Assembly (NCBI GenBank): GCA_964106915.2
Contig: OZ066923.1
Direction: 5' to 3' (one strand)
Length of the DNA: 64,000 nt
DNA from: Podarcis gaigeae
Lineage: Eukaryota
Program-made: the position numbers and the translations under genes
The notes under the pieces: generated by a model
Told to the model about the DNA's origin: nothing
What the model saw: only the letters and a program-made list of their open reading frames with translations
The model's database searches: none
Part shown: one piece after another, positions 12,220 to 25,844 of the stretch
How positions within the stretch are numbered: position 1 is the first letter of the stretch
Layout: each line of letters opens with the position of its first letter

Positions 12220-13570
12220 GTATTATTATTTAGTTAATTTTCTGTGCCAACCCTCATCCGAGAATCATAGGGTGGTTTACAATACAAAAACACAAAAATA
12301 TAAAACATACTGACAAACAGAAATAATACCCGCCCAGTTTAAAAAGCCATAGGTTGCTTAATTAGCCAAAGACCAGAGAGAAGTAGAATGCTTTTGCCTG
12401 GCACCTAAAAATATGTAACTAAGGTACCAGGCAAGCCTCCCTGGGGAGAGCATTCCACAAATGGGAAACCGTTGCAAGAAGGGGAGATTGGCAATTGGCT
12501 AGTAATTAGATTTTCCAAGCTGAGGGAGGGTTTTTTGAGGACTGCTTTTACCACTGCCTCCTTCAAGCAGGTAAGGCCCCCCCCCCCCGTCTCACCAGGA
12601 AGCATTAATAATCTCCTTGGCCTAGTCAGCTGTCTCCTCCCTACTAGTTTTTATCAGCCAAGAGGCTGACTGATCCCAAGCACCTTATCCATCCTTACTG
12701 AAACTCATCCAACATAACCAAACTAGACAGTGCTCTGGTGGACACCTCTTGAGATTCACCTGTTGTAACACTGGAGTCAAGGTCCAGGCTGATGCAAGTG
12801 ATTTTATCCTTAAAATGCTTTGCAAACAAGTGACAGTGAACTACCATCTGTTCTACCACCTCCTTCGGACCAGACTGTAAAAGGCCCCATACTATCTGGA
12901 AAAGCTCTGGTGGACGGCATAGTTTGCTACCTTCACTGCAACTAAGTAGGTTTGATGTTGAGTCCACACCAGTGTTAGATTGCATTCGACTGGAGTTTTC
13001 CTCCATCTGTGTTCAAGCTATCTTCCAGCTTGTCTCATTGCATGAAGCTCTGGAGTATACTAAGGAGCCAAAGCAGGAGAAGTTGCTCAGGAGTGATCAT
13101 GTCAACAGCCCGAGCCATTCAAATGTACCAGAGATCAGCCAGCACTCCGACAGGAGTGCAAATCATAGCAGCCAGAAAATTCTCCGGAGCTGTCTGGAAA
13201 CCCATTGGATCCATCAGCCTCTGAAGGGTGGACCATCCCATTAGGCCTATGCAGAAGGGAAAAGGTGCTGGAAGCCTAAATCTCAACAGGAAGTGATGTG
13301 ACCATGACGAGGGATTGTGATATCAATAGCACCCTCTTTCTGCCCAGCAGAGAAAACAAGGTCCAGAGTGTTGCCTGCTACATGCAGTGGCCAATGACAT
13401 GTTGGGACAGCCCCATGGTCATCATGGCAGCCACCCTAGAGTCAGTCACCTTGGCATGGATGTTGAAGTCCTTCAAAACTAGCAGTCTGGGAGTCCTCAA
13501 CATCGCCTCTGAGACCAGTTCTGTCAGTTCAGGCAGGGAGACTGCTAGGCAGCGAGGTAGGTGGCATTAT
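12220..13570 (-). mobile_element. Internally deleted L2-like LINE (endonuclease, linker and 3' end)
   Basis: Minus translation LLVLKDFNIH (APE endonuclease GDFN motif) near 13460-13495; RPPELFQIVWGLL...HFKDKI in ORF 12695-13006; 3' tail near 12220. Confidence 0.8.
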
Positions 13571-14204
13571 TGAATACTGCTTGACAGTTGTATCAAAGCA
13601 CTGTATTGTTAGGGAAAGGATTCGAAGAATGGTAGCTTAGAACTCTATGCTGCAGAGTACAATTGGCTCCACATCATGTAAAAGTTTACTGCAGTGTTCT
13701 TAAATATGTTATGGGCATGCCATTACTAGCTGAGGGCACATCAGAAGTGGAAACAATTACTATAGTGAACCAAATCTGGATGTATATTAAGCACAATCAT
13801 CTTGAATATAAAGCCCAAGTACAGATATTGGTGTTAATAATGAATGTTGACCAAGTGCCCTCAGCTGCTTATTAAAAGTCAACTCTCCTGACATCTGTTG
13901 ATAAAATTGGTTCAACGCCATTATTTCCTCTTCTGTACCAAAATGAGTATTTACATTAGCGCAGACATATCGTATGGCAGTTGTGCAGTTCTGAGAGGCT
14001 GGGTCCGTGCATCAAATGATGCCTCACTTGCCACATGTGCTTATATGCATGCAAATATAAATGCAAAAGTTTCCCAGTGCAATCTTGTTCTGATGACTTG
14101 TTTGTGGAATGAGTACCAAAAGCAGGGCCAGCCTACTCATGGAGAATTGTTTTTATGGGAAAGAGAAATAGCCAGACCAGGCAGTTGCCATTTCTTTGTC
14201 CATT

Positions 14205-14845
14205 ACTGTTACTATTATTGTACACATCTGTACACCACTTTATGGCATAAAACCATTGAAGCAAAATATAGGGTAAAATACAGAATAAAATACAGAAGCA
14301 CAATAAAACGAATTCAACAAACTCTTAATTCCCCCCCCCCCCCATGAAAATGGAGAATTGATCTTTCCTAAATAACTGGGTGACACCTCAAGGAAAGCTT
14401 TTCTAAACAAAAAATGTATTCAGTAGGTGCCTAAATATCATGATGCTACATGCCTGTCTGATTGTGGCTGAAAAATGAATCCAGAGAGTTGGGGCTAAAA
14501 GCCCAGTGCAGACTAATTGAACCTCTGTGTCAGACATATGGTATTCTCAGCAGTATCCTATCTGAGGAGCACAGTTGCTGGGCGGGAGTGTCTTGGGCAA
14601 GACGATGCCTTAGATATTCTCGTCTCAAGTTTAGGGCACTAAATAGTAAAAACAAGACCTTGAATTGTGCCTGGTAGCATTTTGGTAGCTAGTGCAGCTC
14701 CTTCAGCAGAGGATCTGTGATGTTGATGGGGTACCCCAGTCTAGCTGCTGCATTCTGCACCAGCTGCAGCTTCCAGGTTTAGTCCAAGTGAAGCCCCACG
14801 TAGAACACATAGCAATAATCCAGTCTTGAGGTTGCCAGTGCCAAG
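14205..14845 (-). mobile_element. L2-like LINE 3' fragment
   Basis: Degenerate reverse of the ORF2 C-terminus (SRLDYC, KLQLVQNAAA, QAQFKVL motifs). Confidence 0.65.
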
Positions 14846-15299
14846 GTGAATTCCTTAGAGTATGTGGTCTTTAAAGTGGAAGGAAATGAACTTATACAGA
14901 CACATTAAGGTTGGTTGCCAACAAAGGAACAATAGAACCCCAGTTAAAATTAAGTTCCTAGTGGATTTACTCTTTAGGAGATGCTATAAAGTGGGAAGGA
15001 ATCTTATACTGCAAAGTTCTGGAGAAAGGAATGCAGCTTATATCCGTCTTAGGGTCCTGTTTGCTATGATTGATATCAGCTGCTACATAGTAGTGCAGCC
15101 AAACCCTTGGATAAATGTAATGGAATCCCGACATTTTAGATTTCAGTGGTGCCAAGAATGACAAAATAACAGTATATGTCATAAGTAACTGTTTCAACCT
15201 CATCTTGACCATTATATAATGCCAAATCCTGGAAAAGCAGTATTAAACTCTTGAGGACTCTTAAAGGGATGTGCTAAGTAGTTAAAATTAATGTTGCTA

Positions 15300-15309
15300 C
15301 CTAAAATGG
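15300..15309. promoter_or_regulatory. Consensus CArG box (SRF site) in CSRP2 intron 1
   Basis: CCTAAAATGG matches CC(A/T)6GG; function unproven. Confidence 0.35.
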
Positions 15310-16086
15310 AGCTACTAGGATCATGCAGAAGACGACTTGTAATTGCTGGGTAGGGAATGCACTAAAATGTCCTGATCTGGATTAATCATTAATCTTCTTT
15401 TCCTACATTCCAAGAATGGTTTACTCTATACAATGGTCACTTAGCTGTGCAGCTTTGCTTTGTAAGATTTTCTGGGTCACTCTCTCCATAACAACTAAGC
15501 TGAACTTGGGTTCAAGCTATCTGAAAAAGCTAATAGAACAGCAATGATTTATAGAAAGGTTCTTTTATTTGTACACTTAAAGGAGTTGGCTGCTGTTGTT
15601 TTTCACTGTTTATCCAAAATCATTAGGAGTTGGGCCAGGTTCACAATGTGACCCAACCCAACATACACACAGAACTGTGTTAGAGCAACCTTGTCTGCAA
15701 GGCAGAGCTCCAGTATTTCAGCTACACAATATGTGTTCTTGAAGCATCAGCATCAAAAGAAGTGGTTGCAGTTGCTATTTCATCTGTGAACTTCTGTCTT
15801 ACATTGTCTGGTTTGTCCAAAGGGCTATTTATTGATGGGTGACTCAGCAAAAAGAGCTGTTAGATAAGGATGTGTGGATAGATATCATTATTTTCTGGTG
15901 ACTGGAATGCTGTGCCCCTTGAAGCTTTACTAACTGAGAGGTTAATTTGAGAAAAGGCAATTTTAACCAGTTAGTTGTTAAAGTTGTGAAGGACACAATG
16001 GTGTCATTAACATGATTAAATAAAATAAGATTCGTAATAGAAAATGATATTATAACAGACCTCACAATCAGCTTCAAAATCTAGTA

Positions 16087-16338
16087 CAGTCATACCTTGG
16101 ATCCCAAACACCTTGCAACTTGGAACATTTTGGTTTCCGAATGCCGCAAACCCGGAGGTGAGTGCTCTGGTTTGAGAACGTTCTTTGGAACCCGAATGTC
16201 TGACGCAGCTTACGTGGCTTCCAATTGAGTGCAGGAAGCTCCTGCAGCCAGTCAGAAGCTGCGCCTTGGTGGTTGAACGTTTTCAGAAGTTCAATAGACT
16301 TCCAGAACAGATTCCGCTCTACAACCAAGGTATGACTG
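16087..16338. mobile_element. Tc1/mariner (Tigger/pogo-like) MITE
   Basis: TIRs CAGTCATACCTTGG / CCAAGGTATGACTG flanked by TA on both sides; a related copy lies at 39226-39422. Confidence 0.85.
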
Positions 16339-17836
16339 TAGTAAGTGAAATTGAAAAACTTTCCATTCCAAAAATAAGGCCTATGGAAGACAGTCAAACA
16401 AGACTGCCTTATCAGTGGCTCAGAGGGAGTTTAGCTTAATTGATTATCAATAGTTTGAGGCCAGGATATCTTGGGGGCAATTGCTGCTTCCAATGTGGAC
16501 TTCACTTGACTTAGACTCTTCTAGTTGTCTCTCTCACCTACTAGACAAATGTTCAGTGGGACAGATGTTCTCTCTGCCCCACATCACCCCCGCTAAGCAA
16601 GCAGAAACTGTGTTTCAATAGGCATATTAAAAGATTTTTAAAAGCACCTTTTATTAGTTTTTCCTTGTTTGTTCTTGGGCTGTGTGTTAAAATGGAAAAC
16701 AAAGGTCACCTTTTCGCCACATAGAGATATTCCATTTACCAATTTTAAAAGTTTGGATACACCTTTCTAAGCAAATACCCACTCCAGGCAGCTTACAATA
16801 TTTTAAAATATTTGTTTTCCTTTTTACACTTTCTTGTTGTGTGCTAACCCCCACTGGAGGATAGAAACTGGCTTTGCGTTTTTGAGGCATTTCTCTCAAA
16901 ACTAATCTGTGTCCTTGGTCAGTAGAGTTTAATAACGTTCCTTGCACCTTTCCACCCCAAAATATATTTTCTTTTGAGCCTGCTCAGGATCTGCTCATGG
17001 TTCCAGCTTGAATCCTTCTCTCTTCTATGGAAGAGGGGAGTTGTGGAGAGTTTACTGATGATGGATTAGGGAGACAGCACCAGAGACATTTAGGAGAATG
17101 AGCCATTTGCTATGGTCCCTTGCACCCCTCCAGTGGGGTATGGTGCTGCACATGTTCACTTCCTCTGCTGATGGGAAAATAGGTGTGTGTGAGAGAGAAC
17201 ATGCACTGGGGCATACTGTTTCTGGTTCCAGTTGTGTGAATGAGGGTGAGGTTACTCCCCTGCTTTCTGAGCATGATGGAGTTGTCTGGAACAATTGCTG
17301 CACTCCAGTGGATACTCCCAACTCTGCTTTCATCACATTGCTATAATCATTCTCTTACACGGAGTATCTATGGAATGCTCTTACGATGTTGTAAGAAATC
17401 TATGCATGACAAGTGATTTGTTCCCTTAAACCTAGTATGAAGGCTTTACTGTTTGAGAAATGTATGAAAACTTACCTCAGCCTGTAGTTACTCCAGGCTG
17501 TAACTCCCAACTCTCTCTCCCGCCTTCCCCCCAGCAGCAAGATATCTATGACAAAAGTGTCTCTCACTAAATGTAAACGAATTGTGAAAAAGACTCTTAG
17601 GAATTGAAAATGGAGACGATAGACGTACCCTTCCCTGTTCCTTTGTTTTGTAACACACACAAAAATCCTTAATAAAACCTAAAACGAAAACTGATGGGAG
17701 TGGAAGTTGGAGGGGAAAATTAAGATTGTTCTAGAAAAGTTATTGTTATTTTCTACAAATGTTAGCAAAGCTCCTGCTGTGGAAACACAACCTTTACCTT
17801 GTTGCTAATTGCTAGCATCTCTTTTGCAGACTCAAA

Positions 17837-17948
17837 ATGCCAAACTGGGGAGGTGGCAACAAGTGTGGGGCCTGTGGCAGAACAGTGTACCATGCAGAAG
17901 AAGTACAATGTGATGGGAGAAGCTTCCACAGATGCTGCTTTCTTTGTA
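17837..17948 (+). CDS. CSRP2: CSRP2 coding exon 1 (exon 2 starts at 17830)
   Basis: TTTTGCAG acceptor; [37 protein letters not shown]; 112 nt; GTAAGT donor. Confidence 0.98.
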
Positions 17949-18394
17949 GTAAGTACTCTTTTCAGTTGAAACAGTGAATGGGCAGTGCAAGTAGTGAGCA
18001 GCAGGACCATAATTTTTGCTATTCAGCTCCAAAGACAGACAGCTTATGGCCTCAAGGAACAAAGAGTGTAAAATACCAAGCACTATCTATGCTGCCTTGA
18101 GCAATCTTGAGTTCCTTTCTTCTCAGGATGACTCTAGAGGACTGTATCTTCAGCAGAGGAATGCAGTAGTCTTTGTCAGGAGAGCATTTTCAGACACTCC
18201 ATGACCACCACAGGAAGTGGACCTACTTGCATGTCTCATATAACTGAGCACATGAACAATAAGAAGCGGCTCTAGCTGTTCTTTGGAAGAGAAGTGGACC
18301 AGCTCTGTCTAGTACTGAGAGTATTAAAAGGACTGGAATTAGCGGGATTCAAGACTGAGCCATATCACCATCTTTACAAATGAAAGGCTTAGGT

Positions 18395-18518
18395 CAGTGG
18401 TCGGCAGGTTATGGTCCTCCAGATGTGTGGGGGCTGCAACTTCTATTGGCCTCAGCAAGCATGGTCAATGGAGTTGTAGTCTCAGAACATCTGGAGGGCC
18501 ACAAGTTCCCCATGCCTG
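18395..18518. mobile_element. hAT-type MITE
   Basis: Internal palindrome CCTCCAGATGT...ACATCTGGAGG; 8-bp TSD GCTTAGGT/GTTTAGGT. Confidence 0.7.
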
Positions 18519-20573
18519 GTTTAGGTTTTTACTTTGCTACACGTTGGTCACTTCAAATCAAAGCCACCATTTCAGTTGGCTCTGAGCTGAATTTATATTC
18601 TAAGATTAAGCATGTTAACAAAATACCAAGTTTAATCCATAAAAATGCCTGTTTCACACTGTAAGTTGTTCCAGCAGTTTACATTTTAAAGATCATTTTG
18701 TGAGAATTCATTAGTTGGCTCTCTTCCTCATCCATACCAAATAAGTTAATTGAATGATCTGGTTGATTTTCTATTTCAGCACAGTGGAGCCAAAATTCTG
18801 TTGGGCTTTGGCACAGGAGGCTGTTGATTGTCTTAAATGAGCAGAGTCTATGCGATTATGTTTCAGGCCAACAGCTTATTGAAGAATTGCATTTTTGTAC
18901 TAAAAAGCATGTTCATTAGATACTAAGCAAAGGATTGCATCAAATAACTGCTTTGTGATGCAGCTGCCACAAAGAGCAATATTGTTGTGACATTAAATGT
19001 GGATTGTAGTTTACCCAAGCTCATGTCATGAAATTAGTAAGAGCAACAAGCAATTTGGGTGGGGGAGGCAGGCCTGGAATTTTCAGTAGCTGCACTTCAG
19101 GAAAAGCAGGGCAGTTGATAACAGCTGTCAAACCTCATGGTAGCAAGAAAGTCAATGAGCTAAGCAGCAAGGCTGGGAAGGTAACAGAATAAGCTCAAAC
19201 TATTTGCAGTTTAGGTTCAGGATTGCTTATTCCTGTTTAGGCTTAGACATGGAAAATAGGAAGGAATAAGTTTCTGAGGATGCATAAAGAACTCAGCTGT
19301 GAAGGAATTGGTTATCTCATTTGGCCTCTACAAATCTGGGATTAAAGGCGAGAGCCCTCCTAGTCAGAAGGCATGACAACATTTTTCATGAAACTAAACA
19401 GTGTCTTGTGAGATAATAATGGAACACATTGTACACTACACAATTCGACTACAGGAGTCAAAACCCAAAGTGTGGCACTGCTCTGCTTCAAAAGGAAGCA
19501 AAAATGCACCCAATAGAATCTAGTTCTGCAGTGTAGCTTGACTCGCATTTGATGTGGAATAGTGATGAGACATGAGCATAAATGCATTTCTATCTTCGTA
19601 ACCTTTACAATGCTAGTTAAAAGGTGGGTACTGTATTTTCATTGGGTGTGAGGAATGGCTAGTGCTGGTGTCAAGCCTCTGTGTTGTGATCTTGACTGCC
19701 ACTCCCCTGTGGCTGCAGTGTGCAAAAAATTATAGAGTGGAGATGCATTTGTGCACCTATTGTTACGTCACATTTTCTCCTGATACAGACCATTAAATGC
19801 AAAAGCTCTTGCAGTCTTATGGATCAATATATATATATTTCTTACTAGGTGAGTTCTGAACCACCTGTTTCTGGTGATATGCAAAAATAATACTCAATTT
19901 TGAAGTCGTAGTGGTGTTAACTAAAGCATGTTGCCCTGAAGTAAACTTCTTGAATGTGAATGGTGGAGAGCACATGGACTGTTGTGCTGAGTGCTCATAT
20001 AGAACTGCCCATATTTTCTCATTAACAGAGAAATTCTGGCCTCATTCCCAGGAAACAGACCAAGCAACTTAAAACTGTAAAAGCAGAAATAGGTTACTAA
20101 TGGTATTTCAGGACATGGATTTAAGTTGGGTCAGTATTCCCAGTAAGTCTCAAATGGAGTACCCGTAGAAGGTGCACTAATTATTTTTTTTAGTGCCTCT
20201 AGTTATGGATACTTTGTAAAGTAAAAATGGGAACTGTTGCATAATTAAACATGTTGTGTGGTTTTAAAAAAGCAGGAGGGAAAATTGCTGACCTCAGTTC
20301 CTGGCTTCTTTAGCAGCCTTGTTAATTAAACTGCATCAAGCTTCCATTCTGTAAATGTCACAATTAAGAATAGGAAGGAGGGACAAGTCCCTCAGCAGAG
20401 CAAAATATAATCCAGCAATTCAAAAACATTCCCCTCTTTTCATTTTCCAGTAGTCCGCTAAGTTTTAAGAACTACCAGAGGCACTTTCCCCCCCTGGCAC
20501 TTAATGTTCCTTTCTGTTAATAAATAGGCATCCGTTTTTGAAGAAGCAAATTCTTTCTTTCTTTCTTTTCCAG

Positions 20574-20742
20574 TGGTCTGCCGGAAAAACTTAGACAGCA
20601 CAACAGTAGCCATCCATGACGAAGAGGTCTACTGCAAATCATGCTATGGAAAGAAGTATGGCCCAAAAGGCTATGGCTATGGCCAAGGAGCAGGCACTCT
20701 TAATATGGACAGAGGAGAGAGGCTGGGCATCAAGCATGACAA
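20574..20742 (+). CDS. CSRP2: CSRP2 exon 3
   Basis: [55 protein letters not shown]; 169 nt; AG/GT boundaries. Confidence 0.98.
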
Positions 20743-22195
20743 GTAAATATAACTTGCATTCTACTTGAGCTACTTGTAACTGCAGCTGGCAGTGTGACCC
20801 TACATGAAACAGCCTGCAGCCATGCTTTTGTCATGTCTGTATTGTGTATTGTCCCTAAGCAATGGTGGAATGGTAAAGTTCACTCTGATTATATAACTAA
20901 GCCTTCATTATTAGCAGCTGTCCAGGGAACAAACATCTCTGGAAATGAGTCAACCCTGGTTTGCTCTCTGTGTGTAATAGTGATTCAGTTTTCTCAGAAA
21001 GCTGTTTATTATGGAAGTGACACAGCTAGGCTCTGTTGGCAAGTGTTTTCTAATTAAGGGTCCACCTCTTAAATCATGTTATGTTACTTTAGAATCTCAT
21101 GAATATCCAGCCTAATATATATATAATGGGGTAAACCAATGCCTAATTCACATGTGACACCAAACCATGGTTTGGGCACAATGAGAATTGTGCTTGCGTG
21201 CACTTCCTCCTCTCTTTATGCACTCAGCTTCAGTTGCTTCCTCTTGAATCAAAACCAGTGCACATTGGCTTGTGCAGCAGCAGCAGTTGTGGCTTCCAGT
21301 AAGCCAGGAGCATTGGGGGCGGGTAGTAATTGTGAGCAAGGCTTGGTATTTCATTTGAACAGTCTCAACATGTTGGATGCTGAGCAGTTCCTTCTGTTCA
21401 GATGAAGGCTTCAAAGCCTTGATATTATGCCTCAGATGAATTTATAATTCTCAAGGCTATAGAGCACCTTCACTGTAAAATGAAAAGCCACGATGTAGTC
21501 CACCATAACCTCATTGATTGTAGTAGGATTTTCAGGGCCCTCTAAATGGATAAGAATACTTGGCTGGTGAGGGCACCTCCCCAAATGACAGGGGATTTGT
21601 TTTAAAGACAAACAAGCCACAAGGCAAAAAGAAACTCAGATCTGTAGAACGGCTGCATTTTAAAGAATACAGGGAATACTGTGGCAGTCTTTATCATAGC
21701 CAGAACTTCAGACACAAATGAGGCTGTATAGATGTGGGCTTTTGATAAAAGTTGTTTTTATAAATTCCAGTAAACTTTAGAGCAAAAATCCTGATGTGGG
21801 GCAGTCTTAAATAAGTACATTTTAAGCAGTGCATATTTGTAAACCTAGCCATTGTTCAAACTAAGGGATAATTTGCGAACATGGCTGTCTTTAAAAACCT
21901 TTCATATTACAGGTGTGAATTGAGGGGAAATCATTACAACAGCATTGTGAGAGTTCAGTGAATCAGCATAGAGAAGTATAATTATGGGCTAGTGTGCATC
22001 TAAACCAGGTTATTGGTTTGTGGTGTTTCCCCCCTGTTGTTTTTATTATGTATTTTGTGTTTTTATTTTGTATTTTTATGTTGTGAACCATCCTTTGATC
22101 TATGGGTGAAGGGCAGGACACAAATTTAATAATAATAAATAATGGATTCCACTGAAATTGGATATTCACACTAGGGCACCTTTACTTTATTTTAG

Positions 22196-22325
22196 TGCAC
22201 CTTCTCACCGACCTACAACCAGTCCAAATACTTCAAAGTTTGCCCAAAAATTTGGAGGAGCAGAGAAATGTTCCAGGTGTGGTGATTCTGTGTATGCAGC
22301 AGAGAAAGTAATAGGAGCTGGAAAG
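22196..22325 (+). CDS. CSRP2: CSRP2 exon 4
   Basis: [43 protein letters not shown]; 130 nt. Confidence 0.98.
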
Positions 22326-22672
22326 GTAAGGTGGCATATTGTTGCAGAGACCTTGCCAAGCAACACTGACATTTTTCAGATTCATTAATTGTAGATAAAA
22401 CTTTGCTTGTTAAGAGTGGGGTAGCTTGCTCTCTTACAAGAGGTGAGCAAGTAGATCTCTTTGAGGAGGAAGAGATTTGCAGTCTTGAGACAGTGGCCAG
22501 CTGAATCCAGTTTCTCAAACATTTGTACTTAAGTGCTTTTTACTAATAGATCAAGCTCATATGAATAGCAAGATAACTCTAAGAAGACAACTTTTTTTGA
22601 AAATAAAGATTTGGAATTTTTTTAATGGTGCGATACAGAAGCCTAAAATAAATGTGCTCTCTTTCTATCTAG

Positions 22673-22766
22673 CCTTGGCACAAAAACTGCTTTCGCTGTG
22701 CCAAGTGTGGGAAAAGTCTTGAATCAACAACTCTGACAGAGAAGGACGGTGAAATCTATTGCAAAG
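22673..22766 (+). CDS. CSRP2: CSRP2 exon 5
   Basis: [31 protein letters not shown]; 94 nt. Confidence 0.98.
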
Positions 22767-23200
22767 GTAAGAGGTTAAGGCAAAGGACATTAAAATTGCT
22801 TGTTCCGGTGAAGTCTCGTATGGTTTGATTCCAGGAAGGGGTGGTCAACAGGTCAAAAGAATCTATTCTGCAACTGTTCTTTAAGTGGATAAATATTTTC
22901 TCAATTTAAGTGATAGCTGGAGAATAATGAAGGTATCAGGTTTTCAACTAAGGAAGTAATCTTAAATCATTGCTGTGGATGGTGTAGGGACAACTATTTT
23001 ACACCAGCCAAAAGGATTTCTATAGCAGTTTCCTTCTTTCAGAAGTGACAGCTCTTTAGGTATAAGGAATAGTTTTGCCCTGGAAAACAATAGAAATCAT
23101 TTTAAAAAATGTTCTGTAAATCTGCTTGAGTACCCGATTTTATTATTTCACCAAAACAACTGCTAGAATTGAACTGATAGTCTACTATTTATCCTTGCAG

Positions 23201-23277
23201 GTTGTTATGCGAAGAACTTTGGCCCCAAAGGATTTGGCTATGGGCAGGGAGCTGGTGCTCTGGTTCACGCTCAATGA
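23201..23277 (+). CDS. CSRP2: CSRP2 exon 6 (last coding exon)
   Basis: [25 protein letters not shown] then TGA; total CDS 582 nt = 193 aa. Confidence 0.98.
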
Positions 23278-23440
23278 TTCGTTAGTGCCATTGCACTGAA
23301 ATAGTTCTATAGTTACAACTTAAATGCCACTAATTACTGTGAAACTGATAACTAGTGTCCTATGCCGTTGCTTGTCTTAAAGTATTGCATTTTCTCAAGC
23401 CTTAAAAGCACACTTTTTACATGCACTGTCAATTGGGTTC

Positions 23441-23446
23441 AGTAAA
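23441..23446 (+). terminator. CSRP2: Candidate CSRP2 poly(A) signal, variant AGTAAA (first canonical AATAAA at 24857-24862)
   Basis: Known variant hexamer about 165 nt after the stop, followed by T/GT-rich sequence. Confidence 0.45.
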
Positions 23447-25844
23447 TGTCTTTTGCTTAGAAAATTAGTGTGTTGAAAGGCCCCCTGGAGAAAATTGTTC
23501 TGTTTCTACTGCCTACAGATCTGCATCTATATATTGCTTTGGCTGCAACATTTGAAGTATGGTATGAGTTGCTTGCTGCCTAAACAAGCACTTTATCAGG
23601 TAATGGGAAGACTGGGAGTAAAAAGCATGTTAATCCATTATAGCCAAGTCTGTCATTGTAGATTTGCAGTAGCCCTGCTCAGGCATTAACCTTCCCAATT
23701 ATGCTCGTTGGTCTTGCCTACTCCACGTTGGAGAAGTAACTTCTAAAACAGGAACCCGCTCGTTAGAATCCTGGTGTTACTCCACTAAGTATAGCAAGTT
23801 CCCTTCTAGGGAATGATTGGATAATGGCTGAGTTAAGGCCAGTAAGCTGACAACCACCCATCCCTTGCTCTGCCCCTTTTGCAGTTTTATAGGGGATGAA
23901 CCCCCGAACAGGGCTTGTGCAAATGGCCATCATAGCACTATGTTAACTGTCCATCTCAGTAGTTTCACAGGCAACAGATGTGAGGTACCTTGATGTCAGA
24001 AAGGCAGCAACTTCTAAAAATGCAACTGAGGTATCTTCTGCAGTAGATCTCTGCTCTGGCTATTCTAATTCATGGTATCCTAAAGAGAGATTTGGGGGGG
24101 AAACCATGGCTTGACTCACAAGGAAGTTCCCTTCCCTACTCCCATTTCAGCTGCACATGCCGTTTGGGAAGACGTTGGATGGAGCACAGGGGGAACTCTA
24201 TGAACTCAAGTTTACTATAAGATACAAGTCTATGATAAATACCGCAGTTATTAGAACATTAAGAGTCTGGAGTAACTTCTAGAAAGCCTCAAATCTTCTT
24301 ATTACTCTTTGAATACTGTTGTTCTGAATTGCTTGTAGAGTTAGCCCTACAACTATTGCTGCTCTATCCATAATTGGCCAGGGTTATGACATTTTGGAAT
24401 ATACACAGTAACAAAAATGTCATTTGTGATTTAGACTTCTGCAAAGGGACCAGTACTTCCAACCAATTACTAGGGTATCTTCAAGATTGTGGATGAGGCA
24501 GGGGAAGAAGCAGACAGGACAGTAACTAGAAAGCGTAGGGAAACTAAAGTTTCACTTGTTAAACAGTTTATTCTTGTGTTATAGACAAACCATTTTTGTC
24601 AGATTTTATTCATTTGGTAACTTGTTCCCATATCCCTACTCCATAGTAGACTTCACTACAGAGATTTTAGATATCTAAGTATATATGAACTATGGGCTTT
24701 GCTATTTTTGCAGTATGAACTGGGATAATGGACATTTTATTTCAAGCCAAGATGCTATTTTGCTTTTGTTAATCATGCGAGTTTGCTTGGTATGCTTATG
24801 TACATGTGGGTCATTTTGAAATTTTTGAAGCAAGGACAAAGTATGCATGTCTCAACAATAAATGGTTAGGCTGCCAAAGAAATGACTTCATATCTCCTTT
24901 CAACGTCATCTGTGTTCACAGCACAATTCTGAACAAGGATCCCAAATCAAAGTACTAATTATTCTTTAACTCTGTGTTCCTACAACCATATAATTAACAA
25001 ATCGAGGCCAAGGGTATATACAATAAGAGCAAGAAATGCTTATGCAATAACAACACTTAAAGCTATTTTCACTACTTAACCAGTCATTTTGGCGAAACTG
25101 CATCTACCTGACAAACTAGAGATCTGCTGTTCCCAATCTAAGCACCACAGTAAGTGTTACTATTCTTTCATAGCAACAAGCAGCTCTGTCACCCACCTCA
25201 GAAATTCTTCTTTTGCCTCCCCAGCTTTCAGTTCAGGCTGGGGGTGCAAAAGAAGAGACACGGCTTTAACTTTGAATCACCTGTTCTCCCCGTGATATCA
25301 GGTGGGTGCAGTGCAGGGCCTGGACCAGTTCTTGATTCAACTAGCCCACCCCTCCTGTAGAGCATAATTGCTATTAAAGCCTTCCTGCATGATCTTGGCT
25401 CTCAAAGGCTGGAGGGCAGGTGGGAGAGGGAAAGTACAAAGTTGGTTTAAGAATAACTTGTGGATCAGAGCTCCCCAAACTGTTTCTCTCAACATGTTAA
25501 GTGTGTAGGTGTGTCGCATGAACGCTCCCTGCACTTCTCCAGAGGCTGGAAAACCGAAGGACTGTGTGGTGAAATGATGCATGTCTACAAAGTGTCACCA
25601 ACATGCAAAGTTTAACTCCAATGCTGGAAAAAAATGCTCCGCTAGTCTACTTACTGAGGTAGCAATGGGCTCTTTGGAGTAACCTCCTAATTAGCAGAAA
25701 AGGAGCCGATCTCCTAAGAAGAGTAAGTTCCTGAGTGTTCTGAGCAGAAGAACAAGAAACTCTTACTGAAGTAAAGACAAATGCTAGCATCTAGGAGACA
25801 AGTATTTATTTGATTAATAACTTACAAAAAAATGACAATTTTAA

